Origin: an uncultured Lachnospiraceae bacterium
GTDB lineage: Bacteria; Bacillota; Clostridia; Lachnospirales; Lachnospiraceae
Direction: 5' to 3'
Assembly: GCA_902783375.1 (NCBI GenBank)
Contig: CACZQN010000055.1
Location: forward strand, 12,100-76,099
DNA: 64,000 bases
The notes under the pieces are model-generated. The model was given only the letters and a program-made list of their open reading frames with translations. It made no database searches and was not told where the DNA came from. Made by a program: the position numbers and the translations under genes. Of the stretch, positions 1 to 8,619 are shown piece by piece. Every line of letters begins with the position of its first letter. Within the stretch, counting starts at the first letter, position 1.

Positions 1-2105
1 GAAAGAATACCGGCGCAAGAAGGAAAAAGATCGAACACCCGGGACTCGGAGAAGAGGGAAGATTTCATTCCAGGAAGGATGAGCACCCGGTACCGGAGGG
101 AACGACGCTGACCTTTGCCCTGGTCGGAAACCAGAACTCCGGGAAAACGACCCTGTTTAACCAGCTGACCGGCGCCAACCAGCACGTGGGCAATTTCCCC
201 GGCGTGACGGTGGACCGCAAGGATGGTCCGATCAAAGGGCATCCGGACACTATGGTGACGGACCTGCCGGGCATCTATTCGATGTCACCATATTCCAGTG
301 AAGAACTGGTTTCGAGAAACTTTGTCCTGGATGAACAGCCGAAGGCCATCATCAACATCGTCGATGCGACGAACATCGAGCGAAACCTCTACCTGACCAT
401 GCAGCTCCTGGAGATGGGGACGCCGATGGTTGTGGCGCTCAATATGATGGATGAGATGACCGGAAATGGCGGAATCGTCGATGTGAACCGGATGGAGGCG
501 CTGCTGGGCGTCCCGGTTGTTCCGATTTCCGCTGCGAAGAACGAGGGCGTTCACGAACTGGTCCGCCATGCACTCCATGTGGCGAAGTACCAGGAGAAGC
601 CGCTCCGGCAGGATTTCTGTGACGCGGCCGAGTATAACGGGGCTGTCCATCGTTCCCTCCATGCCGTCGTCCATCTGATCGAGGATCATGCGTCGAGGGC
701 AAGAATCCCGGTCCGGTTTGCAGCCAGCAAGCTGCTGGAAGGGGATGAACTCATTCTCGAGAAACTGAAACTGGATGACAATGAAAAGGAGATGCTCGAC
801 CATATCATCCTGCAGATGGAGAATGAGCGTGGCCTCGACCATGCTGCGGCTATCGCGGATATGCGGTTTGCCTACATCCAGAAGGTGGTGGATGCAGCCG
901 TGATCCGCCCGCATGAATCGAAGGAGCATATCCGCTCCCAGAAAATCGACCAGGTTCTGACGGGGAAATGGACTGCCATTCCTGCTTTTATCGCGATCAT
1001 GGCCGGGATTTTCTACCTGACCTTCAACGTGATCGGTGCGTGGCTGCAGGGCCTGCTCGAGACCGGAATCGATGCCCTGACGAAGCTTGTGGATGCCTGG
1101 ATGACATCCGCCGGTGTCAATGCGGTTCTGCATGCTTTTGTGATCGACGGAATCTTTGCCGGTGTCGGCAGCGTCCTTTCCTTCCTGCCGATCATTGTGA
1201 CCCTGTTCTTCTTCCTGTCCATCCTCGAAGATTCCGGCTATATCGCCAGAGTTGCATTTGTCATGGACAGACTGCTCCGGAAGATCGGCCTGTCCGGGCG
1301 GAGTATCGTGCCGATGCTGATCGGTTTCGGCTGTACGGTCCCTGCCGTGATGGCGACCAGAACCCTGCCATCCGAGCGTGACCGCCGCATGACGATCCTG
1401 CTGACCCCGTTCATGAGCTGTACGGCGAAGCTGCCGATCTACGCCTTCTTCGTAAATGCCTTTTTCCCGGGGAAGGGCGGCTTCATCATGACCGGTCTGT
1501 ATGTGCTGGGCATCCTGGTCAGCATCCTGATCGCGCTGCTCTATAAGAACTCCCTCTTCAAGGGAGAAGCGGTTCCGTTTGTCATGGAACTGCCGAACTA
1601 CCGGCTGCCGGGTGCAAAGAACGTCTGCCAGCTCCTCTGGCAGAAGGCAAAAGACTTCCTGCAGAAGGCGTTCTCGGTCATTCTCGTGGCCACGGCACTG
1701 GTCTGGTTCCTGCAGAGCTTTGACCTGCGCTTCAATATGGTTACAGACTCCTCTGAGAGTATCATGGCAATGCTTTCCGGCTTCCTCGCGCCGCTCTTCC
1801 GGCCGATCGGCCTGGGAGACTGGAGGATCTGCACGGCGCTGATCTCCGGCTTCATGGCGAAGGAAAGTGTCGTCTCCACGATGGAGATCCTGTTCGCTGG
1901 GCAGGGCGGCGTGACCGCAGTCCTGACACCGGTGGCCGCAGCCTCCATGCTGGTCTTCAGCCTGCTCTACAGCCCCTGCGTCGCAGCAATCGCCTCCATC
2001 CGCCGCGAACTTGGCGGAAAGTGGGCAGCAGGTGTCGTGCTCTGGCAGTGCGTCATCGCCTGGATCGCAGCCGGAATCACCTATTTGATCGCCGGGGTGT
2101 TGTGA
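1..2105 (+). CDS. feoB: Ferrous iron transporter FeoB (5' end lies outside the window; the frame is open from nt 3)
   Basis: N-terminal G-domain P-loop 'ALVGNQNSGKTTLFNQLTG', G-protein motifs, then a polytopic membrane domain. There is no in-frame start between nt 3 and the GTG at 186, so the true start is upstream, possibly a FeoA-FeoB fusion. Confidence 0.9.
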   Translation, partial: KNTGARRKKIEHPGLGEEGRFHSRKDEHPVPEGTTLTFALVGNQNSGKTTLFNQLTGANQHVGNFPGVTVDRKDGPIKGHPDTMVTDLPGIYSMSPYSSEELVSRNFVLDEQPKAIINIVDATNIERNLYLTMQLLEMGTPMVVALNMMDEMTGNGGIVDVNRMEALLGVPVVPISAAKNEGVHELVRHALHVAKYQEKPLRQDFCDAAEYNGAVHRSLHAVVHLIEDHASRARIPVRFAASKLLEGDELILEKLKLDDNEKEMLDHIILQMENERGLDHAAAIADMRFAYIQKVVDAAVIRPHESKEHIRSQKIDQVLTGKWTAIPAFIAIMAGIFYLTFNVIGAWLQGLLETGIDALTKLVDAWMTSAGVNAVLHAFVIDGIFAGVGSVLSFLPIIVTLFFFLSILEDSGYIARVAFVMDRLLRKIGLSGRSIVPMLIGFGCTVPAVMATRTLPSERDRRMTILLTPFMSCTAKLPIYAFFVNAFFPGKGGFIMTGLYVLGILVSILIALLYKNSLFKGEAVPFVMELPNYRLPGAKNVCQLLWQKAKDFLQKAFSVILVATALVWFLQSFDLRFNMVTDSSESIMAMLSGFLAPLFRPIGLGDWRICTALISGFMAKESVVSTMEILFAGQGGVTAVLTPVAAASMLVFSLLYSPCVAAIASIRRELGGKWAAGVVLWQCVIAWIAAGITYLIAGVL

Positions 2106-2110
2106 ATTGA

Positions 2111-2126
2111 TTCTTGTCGGTCCTGA
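2111..2126. repeat. Partial copy (right arm) of a dispersed intergenic repeat, core TTCTTGTCGGTCCTGA, immediately 3' of feoB and followed by a T-run
   Basis: A 13-16 nt identical core is shared with 12549-12574 and 16931-16957. Confidence 0.5.
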
Positions 2127-2288
2127 TTTTTTCTATTTTTTATGCTTTTTAGGATTCTGAAGGTTTTCTAAAATCTGGGGCTGATCCATTGCGCCTCACG
2201 AAAGCGGGTGCTATAATCAGAACTGCAGAACACAAAAGCTGCTGAATATCGAAAAGCAGTGCAGTATATTTTCAGATGGAGGTTGGCT

Positions 2289-2831
2289 ATGGATCTCAAT
2301 GAAGGATTAAAGAAAGTATTTCTGGTAGGTGTCGGTGCAGTCGCGATCAGTGCAGAGAAGCTTGGAGAAGTCGCGAACAAGCTTGCTGAGAAAGGTGCTG
2401 AGGTAGCCGATCAGAACAAGGAAACCATCGATGGCCTGAAGGCAAAAGCAGATGGCTTTGTACAGAAGGGCCAGGAGTTCGGCACAGAGGTCAAGGAAAG
2501 ATTCAAATTCGGCCCGGTCGAGAATCTGAGCAAAGAGGATCGTGATCGCCTGAGAGAGCTTCTTGATGAGGCGGATGAGGCTGAGGAAGCAGCTGCGAAG
2601 GCTGCAGAAGAAGCTGCTGCGGAAGCAGAAGAAGAGGCGGGAGAGCTCTTTGATGATCTGAGCGACGAAGCAGATGCAGCCTGCGAGAAGGCTGAAGAAG
2701 TCTGTGACGAAGCCTGTGAAAAGCTTGATGAAGTGAAAGAAGCTGCAGCAGACTTTGCCGAGAAGGCAGAAGCGAAGGCAGAAGAGGTCGTTGATGCGAT
2801 CAAAGATGCCGTCGATCATATTACAGAATAA
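2289..2831 (+). CDS. Acidic Ala/Glu-rich coiled-coil protein, phasin-like (COG3937-like N-terminus)
   Basis: RBS GGAGGT 7 nt before the ATG at 2289. The N-terminus 'GLKKVFLVGVGAVAISAEKLGEVANKLAEKG' is phasin-like; the C-terminal half is an EEAAAKAAEEAAAE low-complexity region with a small Cys cluster CEKAEEVCDEAC. Confidence 0.6.
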   Translation: MDLNEGLKKVFLVGVGAVAISAEKLGEVANKLAEKGAEVADQNKETIDGLKAKADGFVQKGQEFGTEVKERFKFGPVENLSKEDRDRLRELLDEADEAEEAAAKAAEEAAAEAEEEAGELFDDLSDEADAACEKAEEVCDEACEKLDEVKEAAADFAEKAEAKAEEVVDAIKDAVDHITE

Positions 2832-2848
2832 ACAGGAACCTTTGCAGG

Positions 2849-2881
2849 AAGACCGCTGCGCGAAAGCGCGGCGGTCTTTTT
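2849..2881 (+). terminator. Rho-independent terminator
   Basis: GC hairpin GACCGCTGCGCG-aaa-CGCGGCGGTC followed by TTTT. Confidence 0.7.
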
Positions 2882-2886
2882 GACTC

Positions 2887-2915
2887 TTGCATAAAAATTC
2901 AGACTGTGCTATAGT
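2887..2915 (+). promoter_or_regulatory. argF promoter (TTGCAT-17-TGcTATAGT) with an ARG-box-like operator TGCATAAAAATTCA at 2888-2901 overlapping the -35
   Basis: Sequence match to sigma-A -35/-10 elements with an extended -10 TG. The box is 13/14 identical to the ArgR ARG-box consensus TGAATAAAAATTCA. A second partial palindrome ATTCttttctGAAT lies at 2922-2937. Confidence 0.5.
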
Positions 2916-2977
2916 GGTAGCATTCTTTTCTGAATACAACCGCTGTTGAACATTATTGAATTATATGGAGGAACACC

Positions 2978-3970
2978 ATGGTGGATTTACGTGGAAGACA
3001 TTTCCTGACGCTGAAAGATTATACAAAAGAGGAGATCCTGTACCTGCTGGATCTGGCTGCGGAACTGAAAGAGAAAAAGAAGAACCACATTCCGGTGGAT
3101 ACGCTGAAGGGCCGCAATGTCGCCCTGATCTTTGAGAAAACAAGCACGAGAACCCGCTGCTCCTTTGAGGTGGCTGCGCACGATCTCGGGATGGGCACCA
3201 CCTATCTGGATCCGTCCGGATCCCAGATCGGAAAGAAGGAGAGTATCAAAGATACGGCGAGAGTGCTTGGCAGCATGTATGAGGGCATCGAGTACCGTGG
3301 ATATGGACAGGAGATCGTTGAAGAACTGGCAGCCTACGCGGGTGTTCCGGTCTGGAACGGTCTGACGAATGAATATCATCCGACGCAGATGCTGGCGGAT
3401 ATGCTGACCGTGAAAGAAGAGTTCGGGAAGCTTGCAGGTCTGAAACTGGTCTACATGGGCGATGCACGCTACAACATGGCGAATTCCTACATGGTCGTCT
3501 GCTCGAAACTCGGACTGCACTTTACAGCCTGCGCACCGGCAAAGTATTTCCCGAATGCAGAGCTGACAGCCCAGTGCCAGGTCTATGCGGCGGAGAGCGG
3601 CGGTTCGATCACGTTCACCGAGGATGTCGCTGAGGCTGCGAAGGATGCCGATATCATCTGCACCGATGTCTGGGTCTCCATGGGAGAACCGGATGAAGTC
3701 TGGGAGGAGAGAATCCATGATCTGACTCCGTATAAGGTTACCATGGATGTGATGAAGCAGGCGAAGGAATCTGCGATCTTCCTGCATTGCCTGCCGTCCT
3801 TCCATGATCTCGGCACCGTCATCGGCCGCCAGATTCATGAGAAATATGGCATCTCGGATATGGAAGTCACCGATGAGGTCTTCGAGGCCTATGCCGAGAG
3901 CGTCTTCCGCGAGGCGGAGAACCGCATGCATACCATCAAGGCGGTGATGGCGGCAACGCTCGGCGCCTGA
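2978..3970 (+). CDS. argF: Ornithine carbamoyltransferase
   Basis: Carbamoyl-phosphate binding motif STRTR, HCLP motif, full-length similarity to OTCase; RBS GGAGGAA upstream. Confidence 0.92.
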   Translation: MVDLRGRHFLTLKDYTKEEILYLLDLAAELKEKKKNHIPVDTLKGRNVALIFEKTSTRTRCSFEVAAHDLGMGTTYLDPSGSQIGKKESIKDTARVLGSMYEGIEYRGYGQEIVEELAAYAGVPVWNGLTNEYHPTQMLADMLTVKEEFGKLAGLKLVYMGDARYNMANSYMVVCSKLGLHFTACAPAKYFPNAELTAQCQVYAAESGGSITFTEDVAEAAKDADIICTDVWVSMGEPDEVWEERIHDLTPYKVTMDVMKQAKESAIFLHCLPSFHDLGTVIGRQIHEKYGISDMEVTDEVFEAYAESVFREAENRMHTIKAVMAATLGA

Positions 3971-3984
3971 AAAACAGGTATAAT

Positions 3985-4032
3985 CAAAAAAAGAACCGGA
4001 CATCGATTTAAGATGTCCGGTTCTCTGGTTTT
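3985..4032. terminator. Bidirectional rho-independent terminator (argF on +, ECF-S gene on -)
   Basis: A-run, then hairpin GAACCGGACATC-gatttaa-GATGTCCGGTTC, then T-run. Confidence 0.7.
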
Positions 4033-4035
4033 CCG

Positions 4036-4629
4036 TCAGACTTCAAAGAAAAGCCCGCTCTTCTTCAGCACAGGCCGGAGAACGAGGTAGAGAACACCTG
4101 CGACGATCACGGTCAGCAGGGCGTTGAAGGCGGTCGTCCCGGCGGCGATCTTCTGGATGATCTGCGCGGCGTTCTGCTCGATTCCAAGCAGGTACACTTT
4201 GTAGAAATAGCCGATGATCGGATCGAAGATCGTGTTGAAGATCATGCCGGCAGCGGAGGCTGCGAAGGTGCTGACCGTCAGTTTCTTCTTGTCGGTCTCT
4301 TTGGAAATGTGGCACACTTTATGGGCAACGATCCCGACAATCAGGCCGATGAGAAACTTCATCAGGAATGTCTTCGGTGCCGATGTGGCATAGCCCGCGG
4401 TCAGGTCGGCGATGGTGAGTCCGACACCGCCTGCAAGGCCGCCCCAGACGCCGCCGAGCATCAGGGCTGCCAGCACGACAAAGGTGTTGCCGAGATGAAA
4501 GGCTGTCTTCCCGCCTGCGATCGGGATATCGATCCGGAAGACCTGGAAGCCAATATAGGCAAGCGCGGCAAAGATAGCTGCCTGCGCCAGTTTCCGGACA
4601 TCTACTTTCTGATTCTTCTGCTGATTCAT
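4036..4629 (-). CDS. ECF-transporter substrate-specific (S) component, substrate unknown
   Basis: A 197-aa polytopic membrane protein with a typical ECF S-component profile. The start is taken at MNQQKNQK because it is preceded by AGGGGAGGGA; the longer ORF start lacks an RBS. Confidence 0.7.
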   Translation of the reverse strand: MNQQKNQKVDVRKLAQAAIFAALAYIGFQVFRIDIPIAGGKTAFHLGNTFVVLAALMLGGVWGGLAGGVGLTIADLTAGYATSAPKTFLMKFLIGLIVGIVAHKVCHISKETDKKKLTVSTFAASAAGMIFNTIFDPIIGYFYKVYLLGIEQNAAQIIQKIAAGTTAFNALLTVIVAGVLYLVLRPVLKKSGLFFEV

Positions 4630-4788
4630 AAGTCCCTCCCCTTTACAGAGCATGTGGAACGGTGGTATCTGTCCACGCTCTTTATTTGCAGACATCATAC
4701 ACCTAAACTGGCATCATTAAAATGGCCAGAATATAATAATTCAATAGTACCAGAATTGCCCTTGCAAATCAACTCCATATGCTGTAAA

Positions 4789-4804
4789 CTGTAATCGATT
4801 ACAG
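4789..4804. promoter_or_regulatory. Perfect 16-bp palindrome CTGTAATCGATTACAG, a LacI/CcpA-family operator candidate in the divergent region between the ECF-S gene and the LacI-family regulator
   Basis: Perfect dyad with a central CG, as in LacI-family operators. An extra half-site CTGTAAA lies at 4782-4788. The palindrome is 70 bp upstream of the regulator start. Confidence 0.55.
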
Positions 4805-4873
4805 AATGTTAAATCATAGAATCATGCATGCGGCAAAGAGAAGAGAAAAGGATTGCCGGGGAAGGAGGTCAGA

Positions 4874-5887
4874 ATGGCGACGATCAAAGATGTGGCGAAG
4901 CGGGCCGGCGTCTCTGTAGCCACGGTATCGAGAGTGATGAATGCTGCCGATACGGTGAAGGATGATACCCGTGCGATCGTGGAGAAAGCGATCGAAGAAC
5001 TGAATTATTCGCCGAACGAGCTGGGACGTGGACTGCGCAGGAATGCGACCATGCGGATTCTGGTCGTGCTGTCGACGATCTCCAACCAGTTTCATTCGAG
5101 AGTCCTCCGGGGCATCGAGGATACCGCGGGTGAGAACGGGTACAGTGTCCTGATCGGGACGACGAGAGACCGGATGGAAACCCTGGCCAGATATCATGAT
5201 ATGCTGCGGACGAGACAGGTGGACGGGGCCATTTTCATGTCCACGCACCTGAAAGATCGGGAGGAAATCGAATTCTTCGGGGAAGGATACCCGGTTGTCT
5301 GTGCCTGCGAACCGATGGAGGGCATCGACGTGTCATACGTCGGGATCAATGACTACCAGGCAGCGGCAGATGCGACGGAATATCTGATTTCCCTCGGGCA
5401 CAGAAGAATCAGTCTGCTGACCGGCGGTACCCAGATGCGGACCAGCGGTTCCGCCTGGCTCAGAGAGCAGGGATTTCGCAGCGTGATGGAAGCCCACGGC
5501 CTCCCGGTCGAGGAAAACCTGATCATCGCAGAAGGAGTGACCTATAATGCCGGCAGAAGAGCGGCAGCCAGGTACCTCGCGATGGAACAGCTGCCGGATG
5601 CAGTCTTTTCCTGTTCCGATGCCGGCGCGGTCGGACTGATCAACAGCATGTGGAAGGCCGGTGTCCGTGTCCCGGAGAAGCTGTCGGTGATGGGATTTGA
5701 CAACATCGCGGTCAGCGAAGTGATCTACCCGTCGGTGACGACGATCGCACAGCCGCAGTACGAGATCGGCCAGAAGGCGATGGAGATGCTGCTGGCAAGG
5801 CTGAATCACACGACGGAGAAAACAGAGACGATTTATCTGCCGCACACATTGATTGAACGAGAAAGTACCATGCGACATAAGGCTTGA
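4874..5887 (+). CDS. LacI-family transcriptional regulator
   Basis: N-terminal HTH 'MATIKDVAKRAGVSVATVSRVMN' followed by a periplasmic-binding-protein-like sugar-binding domain; RBS GGAAGGAGG 5 nt upstream. Confidence 0.9.
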   Translation: MATIKDVAKRAGVSVATVSRVMNAADTVKDDTRAIVEKAIEELNYSPNELGRGLRRNATMRILVVLSTISNQFHSRVLRGIEDTAGENGYSVLIGTTRDRMETLARYHDMLRTRQVDGAIFMSTHLKDREEIEFFGEGYPVVCACEPMEGIDVSYVGINDYQAAADATEYLISLGHRRISLLTGGTQMRTSGSAWLREQGFRSVMEAHGLPVEENLIIAEGVTYNAGRRAAARYLAMEQLPDAVFSCSDAGAVGLINSMWKAGVRVPEKLSVMGFDNIAVSEVIYPSVTTIAQPQYEIGQKAMEMLLARLNHTTEKTETIYLPHTLIERESTMRHKA

Positions 5888-5927
5888 AACAGATGGCCTT
5901 CTATCATAAGAAAAGGAGATCAAGCGT

Positions 5928-6902
5928 ATGAAATTAGGGGTTTTCAGTCCGGCTCTTCAGGATAAGAGTCTGGAAGAAGCACTGACCTGGCTGGAGAACA
6001 AGGGTGTTCAGGCAATCGAACTGGGCTGCGGTCCGTATCCGGGCAAGGCACACTGCAATCCGGAAGAACTGCTTGCCGATGAGGCAAAGTTCGAGGAGTT
6101 CAAGGCAACCTTCGCAAGACACAACATCATGATCAGTGCGCTTTCCTGCCATGGCAATCCGGTTCATCCGAACAAGGAATTTGCCGCACAGAGCGACAGA
6201 GACATCGACAATGCGATCCTGCTTGCAGAGAAGCTTGGCATCGATGTGGTGAACGGTTTCTCCGGCTGTCCGGGTTCTGATCCGGATGCAAAGCAGCCGA
6301 GCTGGGTGACCTGCGCATGGCCGACAGAGTATGCTGAGGAGCTGGATTATCAGTGGAATGAGGTCCTGATCCCTTACTGGAAGAAGAAAGTAGAATTCAT
6401 GCGTGCACACAACGTGCATAAGTTTGGTTTTGAGATGCATCCGGGCTTCTGTGTGTACAATCCGGAGACCTGCCTGAAGCTGCGTGCAGCAGTCGGTCCG
6501 GAGCTTGGTGCAAACTTCGATCCGAGCCACCTGTACTGGCAGGGCATCGATATGGTTGCAGCCATCAAGACACTTGGTCGTGAAGGTGCGCTGTTCCATT
6601 TCCATGCAAAAGATACCAAGATCGATGAGCTGAACACGAAGGTGAACGGCGTTCTCGACACCAAGAGACTGGATGACGAAGTGAACCGTTCCTGGATCTT
6701 CCGTGCCGTCGGCTACGGACATGATCTGCTGCACTGGAAGGACATCATGAGCGCACTGCGTGCAAGCGGCTATGATTACGTCATCAGCATCGAGCACGAG
6801 GACTGCATGATGAGCTTCGAAGAAGGCATCACCAAGAGCATCGAGGCCCTGAAGAGTGTCATGTTCTTCGAGGAGAGAAGTGTTGCTTTCTGGGCAAACT
6901 GA
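5928..6902 (+). CDS. Sugar phosphate isomerase/epimerase (xylose-isomerase-like TIM barrel)
   Basis: AP-endonuclease-2 / xylose-isomerase-like TIM-barrel fold signature over 324 aa. Confidence 0.8.
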   Translation: MKLGVFSPALQDKSLEEALTWLENKGVQAIELGCGPYPGKAHCNPEELLADEAKFEEFKATFARHNIMISALSCHGNPVHPNKEFAAQSDRDIDNAILLAEKLGIDVVNGFSGCPGSDPDAKQPSWVTCAWPTEYAEELDYQWNEVLIPYWKKKVEFMRAHNVHKFGFEMHPGFCVYNPETCLKLRAAVGPELGANFDPSHLYWQGIDMVAAIKTLGREGALFHFHAKDTKIDELNTKVNGVLDTKRLDDEVNRSWIFRAVGYGHDLLHWKDIMSALRASGYDYVISIEHEDCMMSFEEGITKSIEALKSVMFFEERSVAFWAN

Positions 6903-6935
6903 AGCTCCGGACAGTCACGATACAAAAACGATACA

Positions 6936-6972
6936 AAAAAGAAGCGGTACCGCGAGGTACCGCTTCTTTTTA
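6936..6972. terminator. Bidirectional rho-independent terminator
   Basis: GAAGCGGTACC-gcgag-GTACCGCTTC flanked by A- and T-runs, preceded by the tandem 11-mer CGATACAAAAA x2. Confidence 0.75.
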
Positions 6973-7005
6973 TGGATGTTCAAAACTCATGAACAATGTG
7001 ATCCA

Positions 7006-7176
7006 TTAAGCCTGAACAATAGCGCCGGTCGGGCAATCAGCCTCGCAAGCACCGCAATCGATGCAAGCAGACTCATCAACAACATACTTGTCATCCCCAG
7101 CGGTAATAGCGCCAACCGGGCAAGCTGCTGCACAAGCACCACACATTACGCATCCATCATTCACTACATGAGCCAT
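7006..7176 (-). CDS. 2x[4Fe-4S] ferredoxin
   Basis: Two CxxCxxCxxxCP motifs in 56 aa; start MAHVV chosen 8 nt after GGAGGT. Confidence 0.85.
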   Translation of the reverse strand: MAHVVNDGCVMCGACAAACPVGAITAGDDKYVVDESACIDCGACEADCPTGAIVQA

Positions 7177-7359
7177 GGTCATAACCTCCGTAATTCTCAT
7201 TATCTAAAACATACATCGCATACAGGGATTTACCAGATCCCTATGTTCGTATTGTAGTATGAAATGTGATTTTTTGCAAGAGAATTATTGGACAATTTTG
7301 TTCAATTAGGGGAACAAAACAGAATTTGGCAGATAAAACTCAAGTTAGTGATAACTAAA

Positions 7360-7400
7360 CTGAAAAATCCCCCGCGGCCGCCATGGGCTGCGGGGGAGGA
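7360..7400 (-). terminator. Rho-independent terminator downstream of the prs-like gene
   Basis: CCCCCGCAGCCCATGGCGGCCGCGGGGG hairpin followed by TTTTTC when read on the minus strand. Confidence 0.7.
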
Positions 7401-7418
7401 TCATTTCAAAGAAGCAGA

Positions 7419-8594
7419 TCAGTCGTGGATCTGGCCGTATTTCCGGAGAATGTTGTGAATCCGCTCGCTTGGGTTCAGCAGATCGCTGATTGCGGACTCG
7501 TGATTCAGACGGTCGATGAGCAGTGCGATGTACTTGCTCATGTCGGCACTGATGTAATACGGGCGGGAGAGCAGTTCCGGTGACTGGTACACCAGGTTGG
7601 TGGTGATGACCCGGTCGATCAGGCCGTCTTCATAGGCCTTGTCAAACTTGTCAAAGCCTGCCGTGAAGAGACCGAAGGTGGTGCAGGCGAAGATCCGGCT
7701 CGCACCTCTGCGCTTCAGCTCTCTGGCGACATCCAGCATGCTTTCGCCGGAAGCGATCATGTCATCGATGATGATGGCATCCTTGCCCTCCAGATCACGG
7801 CCAAGATACTCATGCGCGACAATCGGGTTCTTGCCGTTGACGATTTTGGAATAGTCGCGGCGCTTATAGAACATACCGATATCGACGGAGAGCATGCCGG
7901 CGAAATAGACGGCACGGCTCATGGCACCTTCATCCGGGCTGATGATCATGAGATGATCTGCATCCATGCGGATGTCCGGAATATTCTTCAGAAGGGCCTT
8001 GATGAACTGATAGGTCGGCATCACGTTGTCAAAGTCGTTGAGCGGGATGGCGTTCTGGACACGCGGATCGTGCGCATCGAAGGTGATGATGGAGTGCACG
8101 CCCATGTCGATCAGCTCCTTAAGTGCAACAGCACAGTCAAGAGACTCACGGGAAGTTCTGCGGTGCTGGCGGCTGCAGTACAGGAACGGCATGATGACCG
8201 TGATTCGCTTTGCCTGCCCTGCGACAGCCTGGATGACACGCTTCAGATCCGCATAGTGATCATCCGGCGACATATGATTCTCATAGCCGTGCATGTTGTA
8301 GGTCATAGAGTGGTTGGTGACATCCACCATGATGTAGAGATCATCTCCACGAATGGAGCTGAGGATGGTGCCCTTCGACTCGCCGCTGGTGAACCGCGGA
8401 CAGTCGGAGCGGATCAGGAAGGAATCCTGCTGGTAGCGGGAGAAGGCAGCGGTGCTCAGGTGCTCCGAGTTGCGCTTGTTCCGCCACTCCACAATATAGT
8501 TGTCTACTTTTTTCCCAAGGTCAATACAGCTCTCGAGTGCGATAAAACCGAGGGGGCCGTGCGGAATGGTATTGGTGTACTCTTCATTCGGCAT
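7419..8594 (-). CDS. Ribose-phosphate pyrophosphokinase-like protein (long ~391-aa paralogue)
   Basis: PRPP-binding loop 'IIDDMIASGESM' and an N-terminal Prs fold. Start at MPNEEY (GGAGA + 7 nt); the 66 codons upstream in the ORF have no RBS. Confidence 0.75.
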   Translation of the reverse strand: MPNEEYTNTIPHGPLGFIALESCIDLGKKVDNYIVEWRNKRNSEHLSTAAFSRYQQDSFLIRSDCPRFTSGESKGTILSSIRGDDLYIMVDVTNHSMTYNMHGYENHMSPDDHYADLKRVIQAVAGQAKRITVIMPFLYCSRQHRRTSRESLDCAVALKELIDMGVHSIITFDAHDPRVQNAIPLNDFDNVMPTYQFIKALLKNIPDIRMDADHLMIISPDEGAMSRAVYFAGMLSVDIGMFYKRRDYSKIVNGKNPIVAHEYLGRDLEGKDAIIIDDMIASGESMLDVARELKRRGASRIFACTTFGLFTAGFDKFDKAYEDGLIDRVITTNLVYQSPELLSRPYYISADMSKYIALLIDRLNHESAISDLLNPSERIHNILRKYGQIHD

Positions 8595-8619
8595 GTGAAA
8601 ATCTCCATTCTTTGAGGTG

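Noticed and set aside
2579-2760. Apparent DNA tandem repeat (GAAGCNGC...)
   Set aside because: It is the coding image of an Ala/Glu low-complexity protein segment within a continuous ORF, not a non-coding tandem repeat or CRISPR-like array.
2987-4003. 338-aa minus-strand ORF opposite argF (similar cases at 285-1133, 14678-15811, 22621-23184, 23870-25048, 27639-28733, 35928-36212)
   Set aside because: All are antisense to confidently identified genes and have Arg/Cys/His-rich nonsense composition. Treated as artefacts of codon bias.
4630-4788. Possible riboswitch in the 5' leader of the ECF S-component gene
   Set aside because: Read on the minus strand, it lacks the conserved cores of TPP, THF, preQ1, cobalamin or FMN elements. 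No convincing structured RNA was seen.
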